Assembly (NCBI GenBank): GCA_031119395.1
Contig: JAVHYA010000009.1
Span: forward strand, 27,098 to 91,097
Source of the DNA: Pseudomonadota bacterium
GTDB lineage: Bacteria; Pseudomonadota; Gammaproteobacteria; Burkholderiales; Burkholderiaceae_C
DNA length: 64,000 bases
Reading direction: 5' to 3'
The translations under genes were made by a program, and so were the position numbers. The notes under the pieces are model-generated. The model was not told the DNA's origin, did no database searches, and saw only the letters and a list, made by a program, of their open reading frames with translations. Of the stretch, positions 1 to 11,238 are shown piece by piece (within the stretch, counting starts at the first letter, position 1; each line of letters opens with the position of its first letter).

Positions 1-827
<827 letters not shown>

Positions 828-909
828 GGGGTTACTCCAGGCAACCCGGGATTTTCGCAGAGGGGGCCGCGGGCGGTCAGAGGGCCGGCCGCATGCGCCC
901 CGCGGATGC

Positions 910-1572
910 TCACATCGGCGGGGTGAAGCCGTTGCGGCCGACCAGCACGCGCAGCGCGGTCGGGGTGCCGTTGCGGGCCTGTGCGTTGACCAGCACCTTG
1001 GCGCCTGGCACCAGCAGGCCGGGCGTGCCCGGAGCGAAGGTGACCACCGGCGTGCCCGGGGGCACGACGACGGTTTTCTCCCCGCCCTTGTAGGTCAGGC
1101 GCATCTGCTGGCCGCCGCGTACCGACGACGGCGCCGCCGCCAGGTCGGCCACGGTGGCGTTGGTCATCGTGCTCTCGGGCTGCAGGTCCCACGGAAAGTG
1201 CCCTTCACCCGTGCCGCGCGCGGCTTCGGGGAACACGAGGACTTCCAGCGCCTTCTGCGTGCCGTCCGGCTGCGGCATCGCCGCCGTGCCGATGAAGCTG
1301 CCGCGCTTGATGTCGGCGAGCTTGATGGGATAGACCTCGGACACCGGCAGCTCCTGGGGACGCGCCAGGGCGACGACCTCACCGCTGCGATCCCGCACGA
1401 CCAGGCTGGCTGCATCTGCGTACACCACCGTGCCGCGCACGCGGACCGTCGGGCTGGCGGCTGACGCGGCGGTGGACTGCGCGGCGGCGACGACGGGCAG
1501 GGCCATGGCGCCGACGAGCGCGCAGGCTCCCAGGTGGGCGGCGGTGATGCGGGCGAGAGGGGGGAAGGTCAT
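910..1572 (-). CDS. Exported hypothetical protein
   Basis: Signal-peptide-like N-terminus from MTFPP; coding-like codon usage; no function recognised. Confidence 0.75.
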   Translation of the reverse strand: MTFPPLARITAAHLGACALVGAMALPVVAAAQSTAASAASPTVRVRGTVVYADAASLVVRDRSGEVVALARPQELPVSEVYPIKLADIKRGSFIGTAAMPQPDGTQKALEVLVFPEAARGTGEGHFPWDLQPESTMTNATVADLAAAPSSVRGGQQMRLTYKGGEKTVVVPPGTPVVTFAPGTPGLLVPGAKVLVNAQARNGTPTALRVLVGRNGFTPPM

Positions 1573-1625
1573 GGCCCCAATGTACGCCGATCCACGCCCG
1601 CGCGTGAGTCGACTAAAATCCCGCG

Positions 1626-1687
1626 TTCCGAGGAGCGTTGCAGCGCCGTCAGGCGTGAGGCTCGGATTTCCATGCAACCACGCTCAC
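1626..1687 (+). ncRNA. SAH riboswitch
   Basis: TCCGAGGAGCGTTGC...AGGCTCGGA...AACCACGCTCAC. TCCGAG pairs with CTCGGA and GAGCG pairs with CGCTC (pseudoknot). Lies directly upstream of ahcY. Confidence 0.88.
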
Positions 1688-1762
1688 CCGCTGTCCCCGC
1701 GGTGAGTTGCACATCTCTCCCCCGAACGCAGTGGCATCTTTCAAACCTGTTTTGGAGTCCGC

Positions 1763-3208
<1,446 letters not shown>

Positions 3209-3228
3209 AGCGGGTTCGGCGCGGCACC

Positions 3229-4026
3229 ATGCGCGCAGACCAGTTGCTCGTCGACCGCGGACTGGCGGTCTCCCGTTCGCAGGCGGCCCGGCTCATCGCT
3301 GGCGGCCTGCGCTGGCGCCTGCATGCCGGTGAGGCGTGGCGGGCCGTCGCCAAGAACGGCGATGCGGTGCCCGACGGGGCCGAGCTGGAACTCGCCGACG
3401 CCGCCGAGGCGCGCTACGTCTCGCGCGGCGGGCTGAAGCTCGAGGGCGCGCTGCATGCCACGGGCATCGAGGTCGCAGGCCGACTGTGCCTGGACGTGGG
3501 GCAATCCACCGGCGGCTTCACCGACTGCCTGCTGCAGCGCGGCGCTGCGCATGTGGTGGGCATCGATGTCGGCCATGGCCAGTTGCACGAGCGGCTGCGC
3601 GCCGACGCGCGGGTGACGGCGGTCGAGCGCGTGAACGCACGCACGCTGAATGCTCCTGATTTGATAGCTGCCTGCGCAGCCGGGGTGGGCGCTGGAGCCC
3701 GATCCGACCCTGAACACGGGCTGGCCTTCGACCTGATCGTCGGCGACCTGTCCTTCATCTCGCTCACGCTGGTGCTGCCCGCGCTGGCGCCGCTGCTGGC
3801 GACAGGCGGCGACCTGCTGATGCTGGTCAAGCCGCAGTTCGAGCTGCAGCCCGCGCAGATCGGCAAGGGCGGCATCGTGCGCGACCCGGCGCTGTACGCC
3901 GTGGTCGAAGAGCGGGTGCGCGTTGCATGCGAAGGCGCCGGCCTGCGCGTGCTGAAATGGCTGGACAGTCCGATCGCGGGAGGCGACGGCAACCGCGAGT
4001 TCTTCGTCCACGCGGCGCATGCGTGA
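3229..4026 (+). CDS. tlyA: TlyA-family RNA methyltransferase, carrying an in-frame repeat segment
   Basis: MRADQLLV S4-like start, YVSRGGLKL, LDVGQSTGGFTDCLLQRGA, DLSFISL, LVKPQFE, GGDGNREF. Confidence 0.93.
   Translation: MRADQLLVDRGLAVSRSQAARLIAGGLRWRLHAGEAWRAVAKNGDAVPDGAELELADAAEARYVSRGGLKLEGALHATGIEVAGRLCLDVGQSTGGFTDCLLQRGAAHVVGIDVGHGQLHERLRADARVTAVERVNARTLNAPDLIAACAAGVGAGARSDPEHGLAFDLIVGDLSFISLTLVLPALAPLLATGGDLLMLVKPQFELQPAQIGKGGIVRDPALYAVVEERVRVACEGAGLRVLKWLDSPIAGGDGNREFFVHAAHA
3651..3714 (+). repeat. REP-like family A copy inside tlyA
   Basis: TGCTCCTGATTTGATAGCTGCCTGCGCAGCCGGGGTGGGCGCTGGAGCCCGATCCGACCCTGAA aligns with the intergenic copies. Confidence 0.85.
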
Positions 4027-4069
4027 CACGGACACCCCCACAACGACAAGACACGAGAGGACCCTGGCG

Positions 4070-4915
4070 ATGGCCACCCCCGAACGTTTGCCCCTGAGTT
4101 TCGAGTTCTTCCCACCCAAGACGCCCGAAGGCGTGGTCAAGCTGCGTGCCGTGCGCCAGCAGCTGTACGCCTGGCGGCCCGAGTTCTGCTCGGTCACCTA
4201 TGGCGCGGGCGGCTCCACGCAGGCCGGCACCTTCGGCGCCGTGCAGGAGATCCTGGCCGAAGGCGTGGATGCGGCGAGCCATTTCTCCTGCATCGGCGCC
4301 ACGCGCGACACCGTGCGCACGCAGCTCGCCGAGCTCAAGGGCATGGGCGTGCGCCGGCTGGTGGCCCTGCGCGGCGACCTGCCCAGCGGCTACGGCGTGG
4401 GCGGCGAGTTCCACTACGCGAGCGACCTGGTGCGCTTCATCCGCGAGGAATGCGGCGACGACTTCCGCATCGAAGTGGCCTGCTATCCCGAGGTGCACCC
4501 GCAGGCCCGCTCGGCCGGGGCCGACCTGCAGGCCTTCGCCACCAAGGTGAAGGCGGGCGCCCATTCGGCGATCACCCAGTACTTCTTCAGCCCGGACGCG
4601 TATTTCCGCTTCGTGGACGATGCGCGTCGGCTCGGCATCGACGTGCCGATCGTGCCGGGCATCATGCCCATCACCAGTTCGACCCAGCTGATGCGCTTCT
4701 CGGACGCCTGCGGCGCCGAGATCCCGCGCTGGATCCGGCTGCGGCTGCAGGGCTTCGGCGACGACACGGCCTCGATCAAGGCCTTCGGCCTGGAGGTGGT
4801 GACGCGGCTGGTGGAGCAGTTGCAGGCCGGCGGTGCACCGTCGATCCACTTCTACACGATGAACCAGGCTGCGGCGACGCTGGGCGTGTTGCAGGGCCTG
4901 GGCTGGCGCGCATGA
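4070..4915 (+). CDS. metF: 5,10-methylenetetrahydrofolate reductase
   Basis: SFEFFPPKT, SVTYGAGGST, ALRGD, VACYPEVHP, ITQYFF, HFYTMN; GAGAGG RBS before ATG 4070. Confidence 0.96.
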   Translation: MATPERLPLSFEFFPPKTPEGVVKLRAVRQQLYAWRPEFCSVTYGAGGSTQAGTFGAVQEILAEGVDAASHFSCIGATRDTVRTQLAELKGMGVRRLVALRGDLPSGYGVGGEFHYASDLVRFIREECGDDFRIEVACYPEVHPQARSAGADLQAFATKVKAGAHSAITQYFFSPDAYFRFVDDARRLGIDVPIVPGIMPITSSTQLMRFSDACGAEIPRWIRLRLQGFGDDTASIKAFGLEVVTRLVEQLQAGGAPSIHFYTMNQAAATLGVLQGLGWRA

Positions 4916-5625
4916 GGGCGCCGGGCCACGCCTTGCGTCGTGGCGGTGCGTGGCTGGCCTGCGTCGGCCTGGCCCTGGCGCTCGCAGGCTGCACCACGCC
5001 GCCCGGCGACTCCGCAGCGACGGGCAGGACGGACGAGGGCGCTCGATCGACGGCACCCTTGCGCCCGCTGGCCCGGCAGGGCGGGGTGCCGGCCGATGCG
5101 CCGCGCTCTCGCGTCGCATCGGTGCGCTACGACCTGGCGGTGGGAACCGACGGCGATCTGCCGCCGGACGACGGCGTGCCCGGCGACGGCCCGCCGGGCG
5201 AGGTGATCCAGCGGGGCGGCGCCTCGTGGTACGGCCTGCAGTTCCACCAGCGCAAGACGGCCAGTGGCGAGCGCTTCGACATGGGCGCTTTCACCGCGGC
5301 GCACAAGACCCTGCCCTTCGGCACGCGGCTGTGCGTCCGCAGCCTGGTCAATGGCCGCGAGGTGCTGGTGCGCGTGAACGATCGCGGTCCCTATGCGGCC
5401 GGCCGCATCATCGACCTGAGTCAGGCGGCCGCGGAGCAGCTCCAGATGGTGGGCCTGGGCATCAAGCAGGTCGCGCTGACGCGCATCGATGCCGCCGGCG
5501 GGCGCTGCAACGGCGTGGCGGTGGCGCCCTCCGACGACGCGGGCGGCCCGGCGCTTGTTGCCGACTCACCGCGGCCGGAGGCGCGCCCCCGGAAGACGGC
5601 GCAGGCATCCCGGCGTCGACGATAG
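4912..5625 (+). CDS. rlpA: RlpA-family septal lytic transglycosylase lipoprotein
   Basis: Lipobox LAGC; GGASWYG, TASGERFDM, TAAHKTLPFGT, VRVNDRGPY, RIIDLS. Confidence 0.92.
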   Translation: MRAPGHALRRGGAWLACVGLALALAGCTTPPGDSAATGRTDEGARSTAPLRPLARQGGVPADAPRSRVASVRYDLAVGTDGDLPPDDGVPGDGPPGEVIQRGGASWYGLQFHQRKTASGERFDMGAFTAAHKTLPFGTRLCVRSLVNGREVLVRVNDRGPYAAGRIIDLSQAAAEQLQMVGLGIKQVALTRIDAAGGRCNGVAVAPSDDAGGPALVADSPRPEARPRKTAQASRRRR

Positions 5626-5744
5626 GCCGGACGCCCTTCCCGTCGAGGCTGCGCGCGAGGGCCTGCCGCGGGCGTGGCACCTGGACCTGGGCTGCATCGA
5701 CCCGTGCCGTGCGAATCCTGGGCCCGGCCATGCGAGCGCGTGGG

Positions 5745-6647
5745 TCAGCCGCCCGTTTCCACCGCGCAGCCGGCGTGGCGGTCCTGCGCCAGCACCTCGG
5801 CCAGGCGGGCGAGCGCCGGGCGCAGCTGGTCGGCCAGCGTGTAGGGTGGGTTGATCAGGAACATGCCGCTGGCGGGCAGGCCCGGCCGCTGCGTCTCCCC
5901 GGCCGCGTTGGTCGTGAGCTTGCTCGACTTGACCGTGAGCGTGGCATGCAGCCAGGGCTTGCCGGCCTTGTTGGCCAGGGTCTTGAGCCTGCGCGGCAGT
6001 TCGTGCGCCTCGGGCCGGGGAATGATGGGGTACCACACCGCATAGACGCCGGTGGCGAAGCGCTTGACCGCCTCGCCGATGAAAGCGGCCGTGCGGCCGT
6101 AATCCGTCTTGAGCTCGTAGCTCGGATCGACCAGCACCAGCGCGCGACGGGAGGGCGGCGGCAGAAACTTGGTGGCGCTGCCGAAGCCGTCCTCGCGCAG
6201 CACGGCGATCTGCCGGCCGGCGTCCAGCTGGGCGATGTTGGCGTCCAGCGTGCGCGCGTCGGTCGGGTGCAGTTCATAGAGCTTGAGCTTGTCCTCGTCA
6301 CGCAGCAGGTGGTGGGTGATGAAGGGCGAGCCCGGGTACACGCGGGCCTGGCCCTCGCGGTTGAAGCTGCGCACCACCTCCAGGTAGCGCGCGAGGGCTG
6401 GCGGCAGCGGCTGGGCCGCCGCGTCGTTGGCCGCGGGCCCCAGCAGGCGCAGCACGCCATCGGCCGCCTCGCCGCTGGTGCCGGCGTAGTCGCCGTCCAG
6501 CCGGTACAGGCCAGCGCCGGCATGGGTGTCGATCACCGTGATCGGCGTGGGCTTTTCGAGCAGGTGCTCGAGGGTGGCGATCAGCACCGTGTGTTTGAGC
6601 ACATCGGCGTGGTTGCCGGCGTGGAAGGCGTGGCGGTAGCTGAACAT
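5745..6647 (-). CDS. rlmJ: 23S rRNA m6A2030 methyltransferase
   Basis: MFSYRHAFHAGNHADVLKH, DTHAGAGLY, YPGSP, DPSYE, WYPI. Confidence 0.96.
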   Translation of the reverse strand: MFSYRHAFHAGNHADVLKHTVLIATLEHLLEKPTPITVIDTHAGAGLYRLDGDYAGTSGEAADGVLRLLGPAANDAAAQPLPPALARYLEVVRSFNREGQARVYPGSPFITHHLLRDEDKLKLYELHPTDARTLDANIAQLDAGRQIAVLREDGFGSATKFLPPPSRRALVLVDPSYELKTDYGRTAAFIGEAVKRFATGVYAVWYPIIPRPEAHELPRRLKTLANKAGKPWLHATLTVKSSKLTTNAAGETQRPGLPASGMFLINPPYTLADQLRPALARLAEVLAQDRHAGCAVETGG

Positions 6648-6761
6648 GAGGGACTGAATCCTGGGTGGGAGCGCGGTCGATGCCGTGGCGGGCTCTGCCG
6701 CCGGTCACCCCCGATTGTCGGTCGGGTTGGGCGCGCCCGGCGCCTTGCCGCAGGCCGGAAA

Positions 6762-6790
6762 TTGCCCTGCCGCGCCGGCCGGCCTATAAT
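6762..6790 (+). promoter_or_regulatory. Sigma70 promoter of rplM-rpsI
   Basis: TTGCCC-N17-TATAAT, about 150 nt upstream of rplM. Confidence 0.7.
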
Positions 6791-6938
6791 CGTGGGCTTT
6801 GCAGCGATTTCGGGTCCCGCGGCAAAGACGCCTTCGATCCTTCGGATCACCGGCAATCCTCCCACCTAAGAGCTTCCCTTCAGAGGAAGACCGACCGTGG
6901 AAAAGGGCCCTCAGCAAACCTCCTTTCCAGGAAAACTC

Positions 6939-7367
6939 ATGTCCACTTTCAGCGCAAAGCCCGCTGAGGTCGTGCACGAGTGGTTTGTGATTGACGCGAC
7001 CGACAAGGTCCTCGGACGGGTAGCCAGCGAAGTGGCCCTCCGACTGCGCGGCAAGCACAAGGCCATTTACACGCCTCACGTCGACACCGGCGATTTCATC
7101 GTCATCGTCAACGCCTCCAAGCTCAAGGTCACCGGCACCAAGTCGCTCGACAAGGTGTACTACCGCCATTCGGGCTTCCCCGGCGGCATCACGGCCACCA
7201 ACTTCCGCGACATGCAGGCCAAGCACCCCGGCCGTGCGCTCGAGAAGGCTGTCAAGGGCATGCTGCCCAAGGGCCCGCTCGGCTACGCGATGATCAAGAA
7301 ACTCAAGGTGTATGGCGGTGCAGAGCATCCGCACACCGCCCAGCAGCCCAAGCCGCTGGAAATCTAA
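6939..7367 (+). CDS. rplM: 50S ribosomal protein L13
   Basis: [47 protein letters not shown]. Confidence 0.99.
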   Translation: MSTFSAKPAEVVHEWFVIDATDKVLGRVASEVALRLRGKHKAIYTPHVDTGDFIVIVNASKLKVTGTKSLDKVYYRHSGFPGGITATNFRDMQAKHPGRALEKAVKGMLPKGPLGYAMIKKLKVYGGAEHPHTAQQPKPLEI

Positions 7368-7378
7368 GGAGCCTTGAG

Positions 7379-7771
7379 ATGATTGGTGATTGGAACAATG
7401 GCACCGGCCGTCGCAAGTCCAGCGTCGCCCGCGTGTTTCTCAAGAAGGGCACCGGCAAGATCACGGTGAACGGCAAGGCGATCGAGGAATTCTTCGGCCG
7501 CCAGACCTCGATCATGATCGCCAAGCAGCCCCTGGTGCTGACCGACAACGTCGAGACCTTCGACATCCAAGTCAACGTCCATGGCGGCGGCGAATCCGGC
7601 CAGGCCGGCGCGACCCGCCACGGCATCACCCGGGCCCTGATCGACTACGACGCGAACCTCAAGCCGGTGCTGAGCCAGGCCGGTTTCGTCACCCGTGACG
7701 CCCGCGAAGTGGAACGCAAGAAGGTCGGTCTGCACTCCGCACGCCGCCGCAAGCAGTTCTCGAAGCGCTGA
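7379..7771 (+). CDS. rpsI: 30S ribosomal protein S9
   Basis: [42 protein letters not shown]. Confidence 0.99.
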   Translation: MIGDWNNGTGRRKSSVARVFLKKGTGKITVNGKAIEEFFGRQTSIMIAKQPLVLTDNVETFDIQVNVHGGGESGQAGATRHGITRALIDYDANLKPVLSQAGFVTRDAREVERKKVGLHSARRRKQFSKR

Positions 7772-7788
7772 TCTTCGCTACTGCGGAC

Positions 7789-7857
7789 CTGCATGGCCGC
7801 GTTGCGAATCCTCGCCGGACGCGAGTCCGGTTCCGGTTCGCGCCTTGCCCTGCAGGC
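7789..7857. repeat. Structured palindromic repeat, family B
   Basis: CCTGCATGGC-[GCGTTGCGAATCCTCGCC...GGTTCCGGTTCGCGCCTTG]-CCCTGCAGG; the core matches 50677-50727. Confidence 0.7.
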
Positions 7858-7899
7858 CCTCGCTACGCGAATATCAACACTTCGGCTGCGCGCCGTATC

Positions 7900-7931
7900 A
7901 AGAAAGACCGCCCTCGGGGCGGTTTTTCTTT
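7900..7931 (+). terminator. Intrinsic terminator after rpsI
   Basis: AAGAAAGACCGCCC-TC-GGGGCGGTTTTTCTTT hairpin followed by a U-tract. Confidence 0.85.
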
Positions 7932-8001
7932 GTCTGGGGTAGCATTCCCCTCATTGGCCGCCCGCTATCTTGCGAATGGCGGCCCCCACGGAGAACCATC
8001 C

Positions 8002-8373
8002 ATGAGCGCAGTTGCCGAAACCATCAGCACCCCCAGCCAGATGCCCGAGCCGATCGTCTTCACCGACAGCGCGGCTGCCAAGGTGGCGGACCTGATCGCC
8101 GAAGAGGGCAATCCCGACCTGAAACTGCGCGTGTTCGTGCAGGGTGGCGGCTGCTCCGGCTTCCAGTACGGCTTCACCTTCGACGAGATCACGAACGACG
8201 ACGACACGACGATGACCAAGAACGGCGTGTCGCTGCTCATCGACGCGATGAGCTACCAGTACCTCGTCGGTGCCGAGATCGACTACAAGGAAGACCTGCA
8301 GGGCGCCCAGTTCGTGATCAAGAATCCGAACGCCACCAGCACCTGCGGCTGCGGCTCGAGCTTCTCGGCCTGA
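8002..8373 (+). CDS. erpA: Iron-sulfur cluster insertion protein ErpA
   Basis: [20 protein letters not shown] and [14 protein letters not shown]. Confidence 0.97.
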   Translation: MSAVAETISTPSQMPEPIVFTDSAAAKVADLIAEEGNPDLKLRVFVQGGGCSGFQYGFTFDEITNDDDTTMTKNGVSLLIDAMSYQYLVGAEIDYKEDLQGAQFVIKNPNATSTCGCGSSFSA

Positions 8374-8436
8374 TCTGCATCTTGACCGGGCGGGCGCACA
8401 CCGACCACCACCCCGCGCCCCAGATCTCACCGGTCC

Positions 8437-8458
8437 AGCCGCCTTCGGGCGGCTTTTT
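8437..8458 (+). terminator. Intrinsic terminator after erpA
   Basis: AGCCGCC-TTCG-GGCGGCT-TTTT. Confidence 0.8.
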
Positions 8459-8515
8459 CGTTCCCGTGGCATCCGCCGTCGGCCGCGAGGCCCCGCTCCA
8501 GAAAGCCCGAACACC

Positions 8516-9967
8516 ATGAGCGCACCGACGCCCGCCACCCACGATCCGTCGACCAGTTCCGCCGACCGCCGAGTGCTCCTGTGGCTGGTCGCCATCGGCT
8601 TCTTCATGCAGACGCTGGATGCGACCATCATCAACACCGCGCTCCCGGCGATGGCCGCGAGCCTGGGCGAAAGCCCGCTGCGCATGCAATCGGTGATCGT
8701 GGCCTATTCGCTGACGATGGCGATGCTCATCCCGGCCTCCGGCTGGCTGGCCGACCGCTTCGGCACGCGGCGGGTGTTCATGCTGGCGATCGCCCTGTTC
8801 TCGCTCGGCTCGCTGGCCTGTGCGGGCTCTCGCGGCCTGGGCGAACTGGTGGCCGCGCGCGTGCTGCAGGGCCTGGGCGGCGCGCTGCTGCTGCCGGTCG
8901 GGCGGCTGTCGGTGCTGCGCACCTTCCCGCGCGGCGAGTTCCTGCAGGCGATGAGCTTCGTTGCCATTCCGGGCCTCATCGGGCCGCTGCTGGGCCCGAC
9001 GCTCGGCGGCTGGCTGGTGCAGTATGCGTCGTGGCACTGGATCTTCCTCATCAACCTGCCAGTGGGGCTCATCGGCCTCGTCGCCACGCAGCGCTTCATG
9101 CCCGACGCGCGGGCCGAGCAGACCCGCCGTTTCGACCTCTGGGGCTACGCGCTGCTGGCCTTCGGCATGGTCGCGATCTCGCTGGCCATCGAGGGGGGCT
9201 CCGGCCTGGGCATGCGCCAGGCCGGCTCGCTGGTGCTGGGCGTCTTCGGCTTCGCGGCGCTGGTGGTGTACTGGCTGCACGCGGTGCGTCATCCGCAGCC
9301 GCTGTTCTCGACCCAGCTGTTCCGCGTGCGCACGCTGTCGGTGGGGCTGCTGGGCAACCTGTTCTGCCGGCTGGGCAGCGGCGCGATGCCCTTCCTGATC
9401 CCGATCTCGCTGCAGATCTCGCTGGGCTACTCGCCGCTGCAGGCGGGGCTGATGATGCTGCCCACCGCGCTGGCCGGCATGGCCATGAAGCGCGTGGCCA
9501 CGCCGCTCATCCTGCGCTTCGGCTACCGCAACGTGCTGGTGGGCAACACCGCGATCATCGGCCTGCTGATGGCCAGCTTCGCCCTGGCGACGCCGGGCGA
9601 GCCGATCTGGCTGCGCGTGCTGCAGCTGGCAGCCTTCGGCGCCTTCAATTCGCTGCAGTTCACGGCCATGAACACCATCACGCTGAAGGACCTGGACGGC
9701 GCCAGCGCCAGCAGCGGCAACAGCCTGCTGTCGATGGTGCAGATGCTGGCGATGAGCCTGGGCGTGGCCGTGGCCGGCGCGGTGCTGTCGGGCTTCAGTG
9801 CGGCCTTCGGCGGGACCGGCACGCCAGGCGCTGCGCTGGAAGCCTTCCAGGCCACCTTCGTGACGGTGGGGCTGATCACGCTGGCGTCGGCCGCGGTGTT
9901 CTGGCAGCTGCCCGCCGAGGCGCGGGCGCCGCAACTTGATGGCCCGGAAGTGTCCGGGCACGGCTGA
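8516..9967 (+). CDS. DHA2-type MFS efflux transporter (MdtD-like)
   Basis: FFMQTLDATIINTALP, GWLADRFGTRRVF, GPLLGPTLGG, WHWIFLINLPVG; about 14 hydrophobic segments. Confidence 0.93.
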   Translation: MSAPTPATHDPSTSSADRRVLLWLVAIGFFMQTLDATIINTALPAMAASLGESPLRMQSVIVAYSLTMAMLIPASGWLADRFGTRRVFMLAIALFSLGSLACAGSRGLGELVAARVLQGLGGALLLPVGRLSVLRTFPRGEFLQAMSFVAIPGLIGPLLGPTLGGWLVQYASWHWIFLINLPVGLIGLVATQRFMPDARAEQTRRFDLWGYALLAFGMVAISLAIEGGSGLGMRQAGSLVLGVFGFAALVVYWLHAVRHPQPLFSTQLFRVRTLSVGLLGNLFCRLGSGAMPFLIPISLQISLGYSPLQAGLMMLPTALAGMAMKRVATPLILRFGYRNVLVGNTAIIGLLMASFALATPGEPIWLRVLQLAAFGAFNSLQFTAMNTITLKDLDGASASSGNSLLSMVQMLAMSLGVAVAGAVLSGFSAAFGGTGTPGAALEAFQATFVTVGLITLASAAVFWQLPAEARAPQLDGPEVSGHG

Positions 9968-9968
9968 T

Positions 9969-10032
9969 TGCTCTGTTTTTGATAGCTGCTTGCGCCCATC
10001 CGGCGGGCGTTGCAGCCACTTTTGATTCGAAA
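9969..10032 (+). repeat. REP-like family A copy between convergent MFS and anmK
   Basis: TGCTCTGTTTTTGATAGCTGCTTGCGCCCATCCGGCGGGCGTTGCAGCCACTTTTGATTCGAAA. Confidence 0.85.
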
Positions 10033-10034
10033 AC

Positions 10035-11165
10035 TCAGGCCGGATAGAGGGCACCCAGCACCCGCGCGCCGCGGGCGCCGGTCACGCTGGCCAGGTTGCC
10101 CGGCTCGCGCCGCACGGTTCGGCGCGCCAGCCAGGCGAAGGCCGTGGCCTCCACCTGCTGCGGCGGCAGGCCGCGCGCTTCGGACGACAGAACCGCCACG
10201 CCGGGGAGCAGGGCCGCGAGCCGCGCCATCAGGTGCGCATTGAGCGCGCCGCCGCCGCACACGATCAGCGTGCCTGCCTCGCCGGCGGCCTCGCGCACGG
10301 CGCGCGCGGCACTTTGCGCCGTGAGCTCGGCCAGCGTGGCCTGCACGTCCTGGGCCGCGGGCGGCGTCTCCCGGTCGAGCGCCGCGGCCAGCCACCCGGG
10401 GTGGAACAGGTCGCGGCCGGTGCTCTTGGGCGCGGGCCGCGCGAAGTAGGGCTCGGCCAGCAGGCGCGCCAGCAGGCCGGGGTGGACCTGACCGCTGGCG
10501 GCCCAGGCGCCGCCGGCGTCGAAGGGCGCGCCGCAGTGCTGCTGGCACCAGTGGTCCATCAGCGCGTTGGCCGGCCCGCAGTCGAAGCCGAGCACCGCGC
10601 GGCGGTCCGCCTGCGCGGCCGGCGGCAGCACGCTCAGGTTGGCGATGCCGCCGAGGTTGAGCACGGCCACGGTCTCGTCGGGCCGTCCGAACAGCGCGGC
10701 GTGGAAGGCCGGCACCAGTGGCGCCCCCTGGCCGCCGGCCGCGAGGTCGCGCGTGCGGAAGTCGGCCGCCACGTCGATGCCCGTCAGTTCGGCCAGCAGG
10801 GCCGGGTTGTTCAGCTGCAGCGTGTAGCCGGTGCCGTCGAACTCGCCGGGCCGGTGGCGCACGGTCTGGCCATGGGCGCCGATGGCGACGATCTGCGCGG
10901 CGTCCAGGCCCGCTGCGGCGAGCAGCCTGCCCACCACGTCCGCGTAGACCCGGGCCAGCCCGTTGCCGGCCAGTGCCGCGCGGTGCAGCTCGTCGGTGCC
11001 TTCGGGCCGGTTGAGCGCGAGCAGTTCCTCGCGCAGCGCGGCGGGAAAGGGCGCACTCGCATGCGCCCGTACGGCGATGGCGCCTTCGCCGAAGTCGGCC
11101 ACCACGCCATCCACGCCGTCGAGCGAGGTGCCCGACATCAGCCCGATGAAGAGTTCTGCGGCCAT
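10035..11165 (-). CDS. anmK: Anhydro-N-acetylmuramic acid kinase
   Basis: IGLMSGTSLDGVD, GAHGQTVRH, DFRTRDLAAGGQGAPLVP, NLGGIAN, FDCGPAN, KSTGRD, VCGGGA. Confidence 0.97.
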   Translation of the reverse strand: MAAELFIGLMSGTSLDGVDGVVADFGEGAIAVRAHASAPFPAALREELLALNRPEGTDELHRAALAGNGLARVYADVVGRLLAAAGLDAAQIVAIGAHGQTVRHRPGEFDGTGYTLQLNNPALLAELTGIDVAADFRTRDLAAGGQGAPLVPAFHAALFGRPDETVAVLNLGGIANLSVLPPAAQADRRAVLGFDCGPANALMDHWCQQHCGAPFDAGGAWAASGQVHPGLLARLLAEPYFARPAPKSTGRDLFHPGWLAAALDRETPPAAQDVQATLAELTAQSAARAVREAAGEAGTLIVCGGGALNAHLMARLAALLPGVAVLSSEARGLPPQQVEATAFAWLARRTVRREPGNLASVTGARGARVLGALYPA

Positions 11166-11181
11166 GCTGGTGAGATTCCCC

Positions 11182-11211
11182 AAAAGAAAAAGCGCCGCAA
11201 CAGCGGCGCTT
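11182..11211 (-). terminator. Intrinsic terminator after the M23 peptidase gene
   Basis: Minus strand reads AAGCGCCGCTGTTGCGGCGCTTTTTCTTTT. Confidence 0.7.
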
Positions 11212-11238
11212 CGGATTGTGACGGCGCGCTGAAGGCGC

